Source: Stenotrophomonas sp.
GTDB lineage: Bacteria; Pseudomonadota; Gammaproteobacteria; Xanthomonadales; Xanthomonadaceae
Length of the DNA stretch: 64,000 nucleotides
Assembly: GCA_031987665.1 (NCBI GenBank)
Contig: DALZZG010000003.1
Coordinates: 45,629 to 109,628 of the forward strand
Reading direction: 5' to 3'
Part shown: one piece after another, positions 38,444 to 49,128 of the stretch
Position numbering within the stretch: the first letter of the stretch is position 1
Layout: each line of letters starts with the position of its first letter
The notes under the pieces: model-generated
The model's database searches: none
Told to the model about the DNA's origin: nothing
The model's input: only the letters and a program-made list of their open reading frames with translations
Program-made: the position numbers and the translations under genes

Positions 38444-39859
38444 ATGTCCGCCCGTACTGGTTTCCGTTCTGACCGCAATGACCGCGCCGATCGCGGCGAA
38501 CAGCGCATCGATGCCCTGCGCGTGCCCCCGCATTCGGTGGAAGCCGAACAGGCGGTGCTCGGTGGCTTGATGCTGGCGCCGGAGGCGTTCGACCGGGTCA
38601 ACGAGGCGCTGACTGAAAAGGACTTCTACCGCCGCGATCACCAGTTGATCTACCGCGCCATCCGCGAGCTGTCCGAGCGCGACCGGCCGTTCGATGCGGT
38701 GACGCTGGGCGAGTGGTTCGAGTCACAGGGCAAACTGGACCAGGTGGGCGATGGCGCCTATCTGATCGAACTGGCAAGCACCACGCCGTCGGCGGCCAAC
38801 ATCAGCGCCTACGCCGAGATCGTCCGCGACAAGGCGGTGCTGCGGCAGCTGATCCAGGTGGGTACCGACATCGTCAACGATGGCTTCCAGCCGGAAGGCC
38901 GTGACAGCACCGAGCTGCTCGCCACCGCTGAAAAATCGGTGTTCGCCATCGCTGAGCAGGGCGCCCGCGGGCGTACCGATTTCGTGGCCATGCCCGGTGC
39001 ACTGAAGGACGCCTTCGAGGAGCTGCGCAATCGTTTCGAGAACGGCGGCAACATCACCGGCCTGCCGACCGGCTACAACGATTTCGATGCGATGACCGCC
39101 GGCCTGCAGCCGACCGACCTGATCATCCTTGCCGCGCGTCCGGCGATGGGCAAGACCACCTTCGCGCTGAACATCGCCGAGTACGCGGCGATCAAGTCGA
39201 AGAAGGGCGTGGCGGTGTTCTCGATGGAAATGTCCGCATCGCAGCTGGCGATGCGTCTGATTTCCTCCAACGGCCGCATCAATGCCCAGCGCCTGCGTAC
39301 CGGCCAGCTGGAAGACGAGGACTGGAGCCGCGTCACCGGCGCCATCCGCATGCTGAAGGAAACCAAGATCTTCATCGATGACACGCCCGGCGTGTCGCCG
39401 GAAGTGCTGCGTTCCAAGTGCCGCCGCCTCAAGCGCGAGCACGACCTGGGGCTGGTGGTCATCGACTACCTGCAGCTGATGAGCGTGCCGGGCAACAGCG
39501 AGAACCGCGCAACCGAAATCTCGGAGATCTCGCGTTCGCTCAAGGGCCTTGCCAAGGAGTTGAACGTGCCGGTGATCGCGCTGTCCCAGCTCAACCGCTC
39601 GCTGGAAACCCGTACCGACAAGCGCCCGGTGATGGCCGATCTGCGCGAATCCGGCGCTATCGAGCAGGACGCGGACATGATCGTCTTCATCTACCGCGAC
39701 GACTACTACAACAAGGAAAATTCGCCGGACAAGGGCCTGGCCGAGATCATCATCGGCAAGCACCGTGGCGGCCCCACCGGGTCGTGCAAGCTCAAGTTCT
39801 TCGGCGAATACACGCGCTTCGACAACCTCAGCCACGATTCGGTCGGCTCGTTCGAGTAG
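38444..39859 (+). CDS. dnaB: Replicative DNA helicase
   Basis: 'PPHSVEAEQ', 'ARPAMGKT', 'IDYLQL', 'LSQLNR', 'DLRESGAIEQDAD'. Confidence 0.98.
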   Translation: MSARTGFRSDRNDRADRGEQRIDALRVPPHSVEAEQAVLGGLMLAPEAFDRVNEALTEKDFYRRDHQLIYRAIRELSERDRPFDAVTLGEWFESQGKLDQVGDGAYLIELASTTPSAANISAYAEIVRDKAVLRQLIQVGTDIVNDGFQPEGRDSTELLATAEKSVFAIAEQGARGRTDFVAMPGALKDAFEELRNRFENGGNITGLPTGYNDFDAMTAGLQPTDLIILAARPAMGKTTFALNIAEYAAIKSKKGVAVFSMEMSASQLAMRLISSNGRINAQRLRTGQLEDEDWSRVTGAIRMLKETKIFIDDTPGVSPEVLRSKCRRLKREHDLGLVVIDYLQLMSVPGNSENRATEISEISRSLKGLAKELNVPVIALSQLNRSLETRTDKRPVMADLRESGAIEQDADMIVFIYRDDYYNKENSPDKGLAEIIIGKHRGGPTGSCKLKFFGEYTRFDNLSHDSVGSFE

Positions 39860-39866
39860 GCGGCGC

Positions 39867-41279
39867 ATGAGCGTTGCCATCGTCTGGTTCCGGCGCGACC
39901 TGCGGCTTGCCGACAATCCGGCGCTGCAGGCGGCCATCGATGCCGGGCATTCCGTTGTACCTGTCTACATCCATGCACCGGAAGAAGAAGGCGCATGGGC
40001 GCCCGGTGCGGCCTCCAATGCGTGGCTGCACCGTTCACTGCAGCAGCTGGACGCGCAGCTCACGCGCATCGGCAGCCGGTTGCTGATCCGCCGTGGCGGC
40101 AGCCAACAGCAGCTGCAGCAGTTGATCGCCGAAAGTGGTGCCGAAGCGGTGTACTGGAACCGCAAGTACGAGCCGGTCACCCAGCCACGCGATGCGGCGA
40201 TCAAACGCGAGATGCGCGAACAGGGCGTGCTGGCGCAGAGCCACAACGGCAGCCTGCTTTTCGAGCCGTGGGAACTGGCCACGCAGCAGGGCGGCCCGTA
40301 CAAGGTGTTCACGCCGTTCTGGCGCTCCGCACTGACGCAGTGGCGCCTGCCGGCGCCATGTGCCGCGCCTGCGCGACTGCCCATGCCGACCGCACTCGAC
40401 AGCCTGCCACTGCAGACGCTGGAGCTGCAGCCGCACATCCACTGGGATGCGGGGTTCTGGGAGCACTGGCAACCGGGTGAGGCCGGCGCGCACGAGATGC
40501 TGGAGGTGTTCCTTGATGGCGCACTCAACGGCTACCGCGTGCAGCGCGATCTACCGGACCGCACCGGCACCTCGCTGCTGTCACCCCATCTGCATTTTGG
40601 CGAGATCGCGCCATGGCGCATCGCCCATGCGCTGGAAGATGTGCGCAGTGCAGGGCGCGATGCCGATATCGACGGCTACCTGCGGCAGCTGGGGTGGCGT
40701 GAGTTCTCGCAGCACCTGCTGCATCACTTCCCGGACAGCAGCGAGCGCAACCTCAACCCGCGTTTCGACCGTTTCGCGTGGGCCACGCCAGCGCCCGCCA
40801 CGCTGGAAGCGTGGCAGCGCGGACGCACCGGCGTCCCCATCATCGACGCCGGCATGCGCCAGCTGTGGGCCACCGGCTACATGCACAACCGCGTGCGCAT
40901 GCTGGTGGCCAGCTTCCTGTGCAAGCACCTGCGTCAGCATTGGCTGCATGGCGCCCGCTGGTTCTGGGACACCCTGCTGGACGCCGACCTGGCCAACAAC
41001 AGCATGGGCTGGCAGTGGGTGGCCGGCACCGGCGCCGACGCTGCGCCGTATTTCCGCATCTTCAACCCGGTCACGCAGGCGCAGAAGTTCGACCCGCAGG
41101 CCAGTTACATCACCCGCTGGCTGCCGGAGCTGGCCGCACTGCCGCTGAAAGCGCGCTTCGCACCATGGCTTGCGCCTGAGCTGTTGGCTGCCAACGCGCC
41201 CGATTACCCACGGCAGCCCTTGGTTGATCTGGCGCAGGGCAGGGAGGCCGCGTTGGCGGCCTATCACGCATCTCGCTAG
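39867..41279 (+). CDS. phr: Deoxyribodipyrimidine photolyase
   Basis: 'WFRRDLRLADN', 'SPHLHFGE', 'GYMHNRVRM', 'WQWVAGTG'. Confidence 0.93.
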   Translation: MSVAIVWFRRDLRLADNPALQAAIDAGHSVVPVYIHAPEEEGAWAPGAASNAWLHRSLQQLDAQLTRIGSRLLIRRGGSQQQLQQLIAESGAEAVYWNRKYEPVTQPRDAAIKREMREQGVLAQSHNGSLLFEPWELATQQGGPYKVFTPFWRSALTQWRLPAPCAAPARLPMPTALDSLPLQTLELQPHIHWDAGFWEHWQPGEAGAHEMLEVFLDGALNGYRVQRDLPDRTGTSLLSPHLHFGEIAPWRIAHALEDVRSAGRDADIDGYLRQLGWREFSQHLLHHFPDSSERNLNPRFDRFAWATPAPATLEAWQRGRTGVPIIDAGMRQLWATGYMHNRVRMLVASFLCKHLRQHWLHGARWFWDTLLDADLANNSMGWQWVAGTGADAAPYFRIFNPVTQAQKFDPQASYITRWLPELAALPLKARFAPWLAPELLAANAPDYPRQPLVDLAQGREAALAAYHASR

Positions 41280-41415
41280 GATATTGAACAGTTCAGACAG
41301 CTAGATGAATGGATGCTGCCGAAGAGGGCGTCCAATCATGTCCGCATCGCATCCGGCTGTTTATCCTTGCCCGGCAACCACACGCTGGCGCAAGCCAGTC
41401 AACAAGGAGATTCTG

Positions 41416-42114
41416 ATGAGCACCATTACCGCTGTCCGCAATATTTCCATTGGCCTGGTGGCGGCTGCCGTCCTCTCGGCCTGCGCCACCGGTGGTTCGT
41501 ATGTGCAGCAGGACCCCTACGGCAACTCCACGCAGCAGCAGAACCGCACCGGCAAGGGTGCGCTGATCGGTACCGCCATCGGCGTGGCCGCCGGCCTGCT
41601 CAGCGGCGACAGCGCCACCGAGCGCCGCCAGCACGCCATGATCGGCGCCGGTATCGGTGCCCTGAGCGGCGCGGCCGTCGGCAACTACCAGGACCGCCAG
41701 GAGCGTGCCCTGCGTGAGCGCACCGCCAACACCGGCATCGAGGTGGATCGTCAGGGCGACAACATCACCCTGAACCTGCCCGATGGCATCACCTTCGACT
41801 TCAACAAGACGACGCTGAAGCCGCAGTTCTACGGTGCACTCAACGGCGTCGCCAGTACTCTGGGCGAGTACAACCAGACCATGATCGAAGTGGTCGGCCA
41901 CACCGACAGCATCGGTACGGACGCGGTCAACAACCGCATCTCCAAGGAGCGTGCCGACGCCGTTGCCGCCTACCTCGCCGCACAGGGCGTGCAGCGTGAG
42001 CGTATCGAAACCCTGGGCGCCGGCAAGGCCTACCCGATCGCCGACAACAGCACCGACGCCGGCCGCGCGCAGAATCGTCGCGTCGAGATCCGCGTGATCC
42101 CGCTGCGTTCGTGA
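41416..42114 (+). CDS. OmpA family lipoprotein (YiaD-like)
   Basis: Lipobox LSAC; glycine zipper; 'GHTDSIG', 'NRRVEI'. Confidence 0.93.
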   Translation: MSTITAVRNISIGLVAAAVLSACATGGSYVQQDPYGNSTQQQNRTGKGALIGTAIGVAAGLLSGDSATERRQHAMIGAGIGALSGAAVGNYQDRQERALRERTANTGIEVDRQGDNITLNLPDGITFDFNKTTLKPQFYGALNGVASTLGEYNQTMIEVVGHTDSIGTDAVNNRISKERADAVAAYLAAQGVQRERIETLGAGKAYPIADNSTDAGRAQNRRVEIRVIPLRS

Positions 42115-42160
42115 TCGACGCGGTTTGATCCACGCCGCATCGCAGCGGTGTGAGGAAAAG

Positions 42161-42186
42161 GAAAGGGCCGCGCAAGCGGCCCTTTC
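42161..42186. terminator. Bidirectional intrinsic terminator
   Basis: gaaagggccgc-gcaa-gcggccctttc. Confidence 0.85.
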
Positions 42187-42209
42187 TGCGTCCGGGTGCC
42201 GCGGCGGCC

Positions 42210-43208
42210 TCAGTCGGCCAGCGCTATGCTGTTGCGCCCCTTGCGCTTGGCCGTATACAGCGCGGCATCGGCACGGTTGAACCAGTCTTCCCAGCGCTGT
42301 TCGCCGGCATACATGGCCGCACCTGCCGAGATGGTGATGCGGCCGCCGGGGCCGCGTAGTGCCTGATAGACGGCGCGGCGGATTCGTTCGGTGAAGCGCG
42401 CCAGCGCGTCGCGGCTGCTGGCTTCCACCAGGATCACGAACTCCTCGCCACCGAAGCGGAACACCTTGTCGTTGTCACGCAGCTCGAAGCGCAGGATGGC
42501 GGCAAGGTCGGACAGCGCGATGTCGCCGGCGCGGTGGCCGTGCTGATCGTTGACGTCCTTGAAGTGGTCGATGTCGAGCACGACCAGCGCCTGGCGCAGG
42601 CGGCTTTCGCGCTGGCTGTGGATCTGCTGGTTGAGGGCCTGTTCCAGTGCGCGGCGGTTCGGCACACCGGTCAGGCTGTCCACCGATGCAAGCTGCTCCA
42701 GGCGGGTACGGTCGCCCTGCAGGTGTCGGGAGAAGCGGTAGCCGAAACCGAAGGTCAGGGTGATCACGCTGATGCCCTGCAGGTGCGGCGCGCCCAGCAG
42801 CACGCCGGGGCGGAGCATCAGGCCAGCGGTCAGCAGCAGGTTCAAGGTGAGGGCCACCGGCAGGCGGACGATGAAGAAGTTGGCCATCAGCGCCAGGATG
42901 GACCAGGGCAATGCCTGACGGCCCATGACCCAGGCGGCCAACACGGCGCCACCGGCATTGGCGATGCAGAGCAGCAGGCCGGCCAGCGCCAGCCGTTGTT
43001 CGCGGCGGTGGACCAGCAGGGTTGCCAGCAGCGCAAAGAACGCCAGTGTCAGGCTGATCGGGCTGGCCGAACGCTGCCCGAAAAACGCCAGCCAGAGGGT
43101 GAAAAACACCAAAGCCAGCGAGGTGACCGGCGCGATGGTTCGCAGCGGCACCGCATAGAGTCCATGCGCCACGGCGGAATCGGAAGAGGGGGTGTGGACA
43201 GTGGCCAT
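42210..43208 (-). CDS. Membrane-bound diguanylate cyclase
   Basis: N-terminal TMs; 'DIDHFKDVND', RxxD I-site (RDND), 'RFGGEEF'. Confidence 0.92.
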   Translation of the reverse strand: MATVHTPSSDSAVAHGLYAVPLRTIAPVTSLALVFFTLWLAFFGQRSASPISLTLAFFALLATLLVHRREQRLALAGLLLCIANAGGAVLAAWVMGRQALPWSILALMANFFIVRLPVALTLNLLLTAGLMLRPGVLLGAPHLQGISVITLTFGFGYRFSRHLQGDRTRLEQLASVDSLTGVPNRRALEQALNQQIHSQRESRLRQALVVLDIDHFKDVNDQHGHRAGDIALSDLAAILRFELRDNDKVFRFGGEEFVILVEASSRDALARFTERIRRAVYQALRGPGGRITISAGAAMYAGEQRWEDWFNRADAALYTAKRKGRNSIALAD

Positions 43209-43418
43209 GGCGGGCGCACCATACCAGCGACTTCACAGAATTTCATTGAGGGGAAGCCGCTTGGTCAGGTAGGGGCGCGCTTTGTGCGACTGGCAGGCTT
43301 CAAGCTGTGCGCTATTGCTCGTTTTCGCATTCAGAAACCGCAGTCTCTTGCTCCATTGAGCGGCGAAAATATCGCCAACGTAACAACTTATCGGACAAAT
43401 CGCGCAAACGGGCAGGCC

Positions 43419-43976
43419 TCAGCCGGCTGCAGGCTCGTCTTCCAGCTTCAAGGCGGCATCGGCGGCCAGCAGTGCCTGCGCGGCAGGGCCGAGGGGCGGC
43501 GAGGTGACATCGCTGACGCCGATGGCCTGCAGAACTTCCTCGCCGCTTAGGAACCGGCGCTGGCGTCGCGAATACATGCCGGTGATCAGCAGGGCGCGGG
43601 TGGCAACGGTTTCGTCGCTGCCGGTAAGCACGCGCTGTTCCATCAGGATGCGGCCGCCCACCCAGCCGGCGAGGCGGGTTTCCAGGGTGAAGCGTTGAAA
43701 GGGGCGCAGCTCGCGACGGAACTGGATGGTGCCCGCGCCGGCTATCGGCGCCCACTTGCTGCGCATGGCGACCCGCGCAAGCCCGGTACGCAGGATCAGA
43801 TCGAGCCGGCCCAGGTCGAAGATGGTCCAGTAGCGGCCGTTGGTCATGTGCATGTTGAGGTCGATGTCGTTCGGCAGTACCCGGAACTGCAGGCGCGACA
43901 CGCCGGTGGGTGCCTGCAGGCGTGGCCGGAAGAACGAGCAGATCAGCAGCTTGAGCAGGCGGAACCAGAGATTCAT
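43419..43976 (-). CDS. Thioesterase family protein (4HBT-like)
   Basis: 'DIDLNMHMTNGRY...DLGR', 'FRRELRPF'. Confidence 0.88.
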   Translation of the reverse strand: MNLWFRLLKLLICSFFRPRLQAPTGVSRLQFRVLPNDIDLNMHMTNGRYWTIFDLGRLDLILRTGLARVAMRSKWAPIAGAGTIQFRRELRPFQRFTLETRLAGWVGGRILMEQRVLTGSDETVATRALLITGMYSRRQRRFLSGEEVLQAIGVSDVTSPPLGPAAQALLAADAALKLEDEPAAG

Positions 43977-43992
43977 GGCGCGGGGGAGCCTT

Positions 43993-44042
43993 TTATAACG
44001 ACCGTCATAATGCGGTACGCTAGGCTATGACACCCGTCATAG
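43993..44042. promoter_or_regulatory. Two palindromic operators, probably for the adjacent TetR
   Basis: TTATAAC-GACC-GTCATAA (43993-44010) and CTATGAC-ACCC-GTCATAG (44025-44042). Confidence 0.75.
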
Positions 44043-44055
44043 CAAGGATTCCCGC

Positions 44056-44634
44056 ATGAGCCGGCGCGCCACCGATGCCCCGCAGCGTGTGATCAGCACC
44101 GCCGCCGACATGCTGGCTACCTATGGGCTCAACGCCACCAGCATCCGCGAGGTAACCCGACGCGCGGATGCGCCGTTCGGTTCCACCTACCACCACTTCC
44201 CGGGCGGCAAGCAGCAGGTGCTGGCCGAAGCCACGGCGTTGGCCGGTGGGCGCATCGAAGTGCTGCTGGACGAAGTGCTGAAGGAAGGCGTGGACGCGGG
44301 CGTGACGCGCTTTCTGGCGATGTGGCGGCAACGTCTGCTGGATTCGGATTTCCACGTCGGCTGCCCGGTGCTGGCGGCGGCGGTGGAGGAACCGCTGGAA
44401 GGCAGCGTTGACGACGCACGCGAAGCCGCTGCGGCTGCGTTCAGGCGCTGGGAACAGCAGCTGACGCAGGCGTTGCAGGCCGAGGGCTATTCGCAGGAAC
44501 AGGCCAGCAACACCGCGACCATGCTGATCGCCAGCGTCGAGGGCGCGGTGGCGATGAGCCGGGCGACCCGCGATATCGCCGCGTTCGACAGGGTCGTGGC
44601 CGTGCTGCGGCAGCTCCTGTGTCCGCCGGTCTGA
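44056..44634 (+). CDS. TetR family regulator (LmrA/YxaF-like)
   Basis: HTH 'GSTYHHFPGGKQQ'; 'GCPV' motif. Confidence 0.9.
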   Translation: MSRRATDAPQRVISTAADMLATYGLNATSIREVTRRADAPFGSTYHHFPGGKQQVLAEATALAGGRIEVLLDEVLKEGVDAGVTRFLAMWRQRLLDSDFHVGCPVLAAAVEEPLEGSVDDAREAAAAAFRRWEQQLTQALQAEGYSQEQASNTATMLIASVEGAVAMSRATRDIAAFDRVVAVLRQLLCPPV

Positions 44635-44637
44635 GCG

Positions 44638-46875
44638 TCAGTCGCGTACCGGCAGGTCCACATGGCTGCTGCCATGCCAGCGGATTTCCATGGGCGTGCC
44701 GGCATCGACAAGGGTCTCGTCCGAAGGCTCCTTGCCGCTGCCCAGGTTGAGCTGGCTATCCGGCTGCTTGATCACGCCAAGGCTGAAGACCACACGACTG
44801 CCTGCAGCGAGGCGACGCCCCAGCAGGCGGGTGTCGCGTATCTGCACCTGATGGCGCTTGCCGGTTTCAAGCAGCTGCCGGTGGCTTCGGTCTGAGGCAT
44901 AGCTCAGACGTTGCATCCCGTAAGCCAGATCCAGATAGCGGCCGTCGGCAGTCTGTTCGTAGATGGCGAAGGCGATGTCGGCATCGGCCTTGTTGAGCGT
45001 GAAATCCAACGTGGCGGTGAACGGGCCGGCGAGTTCGGTGGCCTGCGCGAAGGGCTCACTGCGGAAAGCGAGGCCGGAATGTGCATCCAGCGTGGTGTTC
45101 ACGACGGTTGGTGAGGGCTGCCAGTCCGCGTCACTGCGGTCGGTGAAATCGATGCGTTGCAGTGACATGGCTTCAGGTGCCGGCGTTGTGCCCAGCGCGT
45201 ACATGCCATCCGCTGCAGGCTGCAGATAGAGGCGGAGCTGGCGCGTGGCCATCGCACCCAGCGCATCAGCGTGACGCCATGTATCCGCGCCCATCACCTG
45301 CCAGTTGACGCGGCCCGCAAGCAGTTCGGGCTTGGCTGCGCCACGCAGCACATGATCGAACCAGGCCAGGCGCAGTGCCTGCAGATCGATGCGCGCAACG
45401 GCATCCGGTTCATACCCCTGCACCTGCGGCGGAACGCCGGTCTGCATGGTGAAGTGCTCGTAGGGGCCGATGAGCAGGGTGTGGTCGGCATCGGGGCGCT
45501 GGCGCAGATGTTCGCGCAGGTAGTGCAATACGCCGATCTGTGCGCCGTCGAAGTAACCGGTGGTGGCCAGTACCGGAACGTCGATGCCGGCATACGCCGC
45601 ACCCTGCGGAATTTTCGTCTGCCAGAAGCTGTCGTAGCTGGGGTGACGCAACCATTCGTCGAACACGGGGTTGGGTGTGCCGTCGATGGCAGACAGGTCG
45701 CGGTAGCGGCGCCCGCTGCGGTAGGCGTCGCTGTCGAGCTTCCGCCAGCGCGTGGCGTCGCCATAGCTGGCATCGTCCAAGGCGCGGTTGCTGGCCACGT
45801 AGGCCGGCCATGGGTACATGAAATTCATGAAGACGTTGCCTTCCATCGGCACGTCGATGCCCGGCGCTGCACTGGCGGAGGTTGCGATGGCCTTCAATGC
45901 CGGCGGGCGGTGACGCAGCGCAGCCCATTGGGTATAGGCGCTGTAGCTGCCGCCGTACATGCCGACCACGCCATTGCTCCATGGCTGCGCGGCCATCCAT
46001 GCGATGACGGCGGCAGCATCCTCGCCATCGTGCAGGAAGGGGGTGATGGCATCGCTGCTGCGGCCTTTGCCACGGCTGTAGGCCACGACCGAGGCATAGC
46101 CGTGGGCAGCCATCTTCCTGGCGTCGTCCCAGGCCCAGTCGTCATTGGCGTAAATGGTGAACGTGAGCAGTGCCGGCAGCGGCCGCTGCGTGCTGGCCGG
46201 GCGCATCAGCAGGACGCTGATGTGTGCGCCATCGGGCGTGGCGATCAGCAGGTCGCGCTGGATGTGGTAACGGCGCGCGTCGTCTGCTGCGAATGCCTCG
46301 GTAACGAATGGTTGGAACGCTGCATAGGCGGTGTAAACCTGCCATGCACGGACGAGTTCCACGGCGTCGCCCAATGGCAGTGCATGCTTGCCGTTGGCGC
46401 GTGCAAGCTGCGTATCCAGATCGGCACGCATGCGCGGCAGGTAGCCATTGAATGCGAACTGCGCCGCGTAGGCGGTGCGGTCATCCAACGGAGAAAGCAG
46501 CGCCGCGAATGCTTCCTGAAAAGCGATGGCGAAGGGTGTGCCATCGGCTTCGTGGTGGCGCATCGCGCGGGCGAACGCTTCGTACTGCAGGAAGATCGGT
46601 GCTTGCCCGGGTGGGGCGGCACGCAGCCGGCGCAATGCGTGAATGCTGTCGATAGCCTTGGTGTACTGGCCGGCGGCGAGCTGCAGGCGGAACTGCGTGG
46701 TCAGGCGTCGCTGTGGGTCATCGTCCTGATGGCGCGCAAGCGTCTGGCGGGCGAGGGCGGGCAGGCCCGTATCCGGTGCGCCGGACAAGGCGCCGGGGTG
46801 CAGCGGAACAGTAGGCGTCTGTGCTGACGCGGCAGTGGCGGCGAGCAGCAGCAGAAGCGCGAGCAGGTAGCGCAT
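44638..46875 (-). CDS. Secreted CocE/NonD family hydrolase
   Basis: Signal peptide; 'RGKGRS', nucleophile 'GGSYS', 'TGYFD', 'IGPYEH'. Confidence 0.88.
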   Translation of the reverse strand: MRYLLALLLLLAATAASAQTPTVPLHPGALSGAPDTGLPALARQTLARHQDDDPQRRLTTQFRLQLAAGQYTKAIDSIHALRRLRAAPPGQAPIFLQYEAFARAMRHHEADGTPFAIAFQEAFAALLSPLDDRTAYAAQFAFNGYLPRMRADLDTQLARANGKHALPLGDAVELVRAWQVYTAYAAFQPFVTEAFAADDARRYHIQRDLLIATPDGAHISVLLMRPASTQRPLPALLTFTIYANDDWAWDDARKMAAHGYASVVAYSRGKGRSSDAITPFLHDGEDAAAVIAWMAAQPWSNGVVGMYGGSYSAYTQWAALRHRPPALKAIATSASAAPGIDVPMEGNVFMNFMYPWPAYVASNRALDDASYGDATRWRKLDSDAYRSGRRYRDLSAIDGTPNPVFDEWLRHPSYDSFWQTKIPQGAAYAGIDVPVLATTGYFDGAQIGVLHYLREHLRQRPDADHTLLIGPYEHFTMQTGVPPQVQGYEPDAVARIDLQALRLAWFDHVLRGAAKPELLAGRVNWQVMGADTWRHADALGAMATRQLRLYLQPAADGMYALGTTPAPEAMSLQRIDFTDRSDADWQPSPTVVNTTLDAHSGLAFRSEPFAQATELAGPFTATLDFTLNKADADIAFAIYEQTADGRYLDLAYGMQRLSYASDRSHRQLLETGKRHQVQIRDTRLLGRRLAAGSRVVFSLGVIKQPDSQLNLGSGKEPSDETLVDAGTPMEIRWHGSSHVDLPVRD

Positions 46876-46967
46876 GCCTTCATCCCTGGGTCGATGGCGC
46901 AGGGAGCCAGTCTAGGGCAGGTGGGATGACGGTGGTAAGTGTCCTGAGGAGTCGGGTGTGTGGCATT

Positions 46968-46996
46968 CCCGGGTGCGCTTTGCTTACCCGGGCTAC
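46968..46996 (-). repeat. Single REP
   Basis: cccgggtgcgctttgcttacccgggctac. Confidence 0.85.
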
Positions 46997-47015
46997 GGGT
47001 GTCGCCGTATCTGGA

Positions 47016-47047
47016 AAGGCCCCGCCTGCGGTGCAGGGCGGGGCCTT
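47016..47047 (-). terminator. Intrinsic terminator
   Basis: aaggccccgcc...ggcggggcctt downstream of the DUF2892 gene. Confidence 0.65.
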
Positions 47048-47073
47048 CGGCGTTGCCGGGATGGCGGAGGTGC

Positions 47074-47271
47074 TCAGCCAGTGGAACGGGGTTGGCACCA
47101 GTTGAGGCCGAGCATGGAGTACAGCGGGCAAGAGCGGATCAGGCCGGTGGCCAGGGGGATGATGCCCAGCCAGCCCCACCAGCCGATGACGCCGGTGGCC
47201 GCCAGTGCGATGAGGGCGATGCCGATGATGATGCGGAATGCGCGATCAATGCCGCAGACATTGGTTTGCAT
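47074..47271 (-). CDS. DUF2892 (YgaP-like) small membrane protein
   Basis: 'NVCGIDRAFRIIIG...PLATGLIRSCPLYSMLG'. Confidence 0.88.
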   Translation of the reverse strand: MQTNVCGIDRAFRIIIGIALIALAATGVIGWWGWLGIIPLATGLIRSCPLYSMLGLNWCQPRSTG

Positions 47272-47460
47272 GGTGATGCTCCCGTCTGGATCGGATAAGA
47301 CATCGCGCGATGCGCAGGGCACCCGTGCGATGCGTTGCGACAGTCTCGCGCTGGAGTCGATAGCACGATGTGAAGTGCAGCCCATATGCATTGCATCGCA
47401 ACGAACGACAACGGGCAGGCGCAGTGCCTGCCCGCTGCGTTGGTACATCTCGCGGCTCGA

Positions 47461-49128
47461 TCAGCCGAGAATGCCCGGCAGGTCCAGCCCCTTTTCCTTC
47501 GCGCAATCGATCGCGATGTCATAGCCTGCATCGGCGTGACGCATGACGCCGGTGCCGGGATCGTTCCACAGCACGCGCGCGATGCGCTTGTCGGCTTCCT
47601 CGCTGCCGTCGCAGACGATGACCACGCCTGAATGCTGCGAGTAGCCCATGCCGACGCCACCGCCGTGATGCAGGCTCACCCAGGTGGCGCCGCCGGCTAC
47701 GTTGAGCATGGCGTTGAGCAGGGGCCAATCGGATACGGCATCGGAACCATCCTTCATGGATTCGGTTTCGCGGTTGGGCGAGGCGACGCTGCCGCTGTCC
47801 AGATGGTCGCGGCCGATCACCACCGGCGCGCTCAGCTCACCGTTGCGCACCATCTCGTTGAACGCGAGGCCCAACTTGTGGCGCAGGCCCAGGCCCACCC
47901 AGCAGATGCGCGCCGGCAGGCCCTGGAAGCTGATGCGCTCGCGCGCCATGTCCAGCCAACGGTGCAGGTGCGGATCATCGGCGATGATCTCCTTCACCTT
48001 GGCATCGGTCTTGTAGATGTCCTCGGGATCGCCACTGAGGGCTACCCAGCGGAACGGGCCGACGCCACGGCAGAACAGCGGGCGCACATAGGCCGGCACG
48101 AAGCCGGGGAAGTCAAAGGCATTCTTCAGACCTTCATCGAAGGCCATCTGGCGGATGTTGTTGCCGTAGTCCACGGTGGGAATACCCTGCGCGTGGAAGG
48201 CGAGCATGGCTTCCACATGCACGCGCATGGCAGCCTTGGCGGCATCGCGCACCTTTTCCGGATTGGCCTTCTGTTCGGCCAACCACTGCTCAACCGTCCA
48301 GCCGAGGGGCAGGTAGCCATGCACCGGATCGTGCGCGCTGGTCTGGTCGGTGACGCAGTCCGGGCGCACGCCGCGGCGCACCAGTTCGGGCAGGATTTCG
48401 GCGGCATTGCCGAGCAGGGCGATCGACTTGGCTTCACCGGAAGCGGTGTATTTGGCGATGCGCGCGAGTGCGTCGTCGATATCGGTGGCCTGTTCGTCCA
48501 CATAACGGGTGCGCAGACGGAAATCGATGCTGCTCTGGCGGCACTCGATGGTCAGGCTGCTGGCACCGGCCAGCGACGCAGCCAGCGGTTGCGCGCCGCC
48601 CATGCCGCCGAGGCCGGCGGTGAGGATCCACTTACCGGTCAGGCTGCCGCCGTAATGCTGGCGGCCCATTTCCACGAACGTTTCGTAGGTGCCCTGCACG
48701 ATGCCCTGGCTGCCGATGTAGATCCAGCTGCCGGCGGTCATCTGTCCGTACATCATCAAGCCCTTCTTATCGAGCTCGTTGAAGTGCTCCCAGGTGGCCC
48801 AGTGTGGCACCAGGTTGGAATTGGCGATCAGCACGCGCGGTGCATCGGGATGGGTGGGAAACACGCCGACCGGCTTGCCCGACTGCACCAGCAGTGTCTG
48901 GTTGTCGTCCAGACGCTTGAGCGTTTCCAGGATCCTGTCGTAGCTCTCCCAGTCGCGTGCGGCACGGCCGATGCCGCCATAGACCACCAGCGAGGTGGGG
49001 TCTTCCGCGACCTCCGCGTCGAGATTGTTCTGCAGCATGCGGAACGGCGCCTCGGTCTGCCAGGACTTGCAGTTGAGCGTGTTGCCGCGCGGCGCGCGCG
49101 GGCTGCGGGAAGGGTCGTGACGGGTCAT
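47461..49128 (-). CDS. hutU: Urocanate hydratase
   Basis: '[12 protein letters not shown]', 'DQTSAHD', 'GRDHLD'. Confidence 0.98.
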   Translation of the reverse strand: MTRHDPSRSPRAPRGNTLNCKSWQTEAPFRMLQNNLDAEVAEDPTSLVVYGGIGRAARDWESYDRILETLKRLDDNQTLLVQSGKPVGVFPTHPDAPRVLIANSNLVPHWATWEHFNELDKKGLMMYGQMTAGSWIYIGSQGIVQGTYETFVEMGRQHYGGSLTGKWILTAGLGGMGGAQPLAASLAGASSLTIECRQSSIDFRLRTRYVDEQATDIDDALARIAKYTASGEAKSIALLGNAAEILPELVRRGVRPDCVTDQTSAHDPVHGYLPLGWTVEQWLAEQKANPEKVRDAAKAAMRVHVEAMLAFHAQGIPTVDYGNNIRQMAFDEGLKNAFDFPGFVPAYVRPLFCRGVGPFRWVALSGDPEDIYKTDAKVKEIIADDPHLHRWLDMARERISFQGLPARICWVGLGLRHKLGLAFNEMVRNGELSAPVVIGRDHLDSGSVASPNRETESMKDGSDAVSDWPLLNAMLNVAGGATWVSLHHGGGVGMGYSQHSGVVIVCDGSEEADKRIARVLWNDPGTGVMRHADAGYDIAIDCAKEKGLDLPGILG

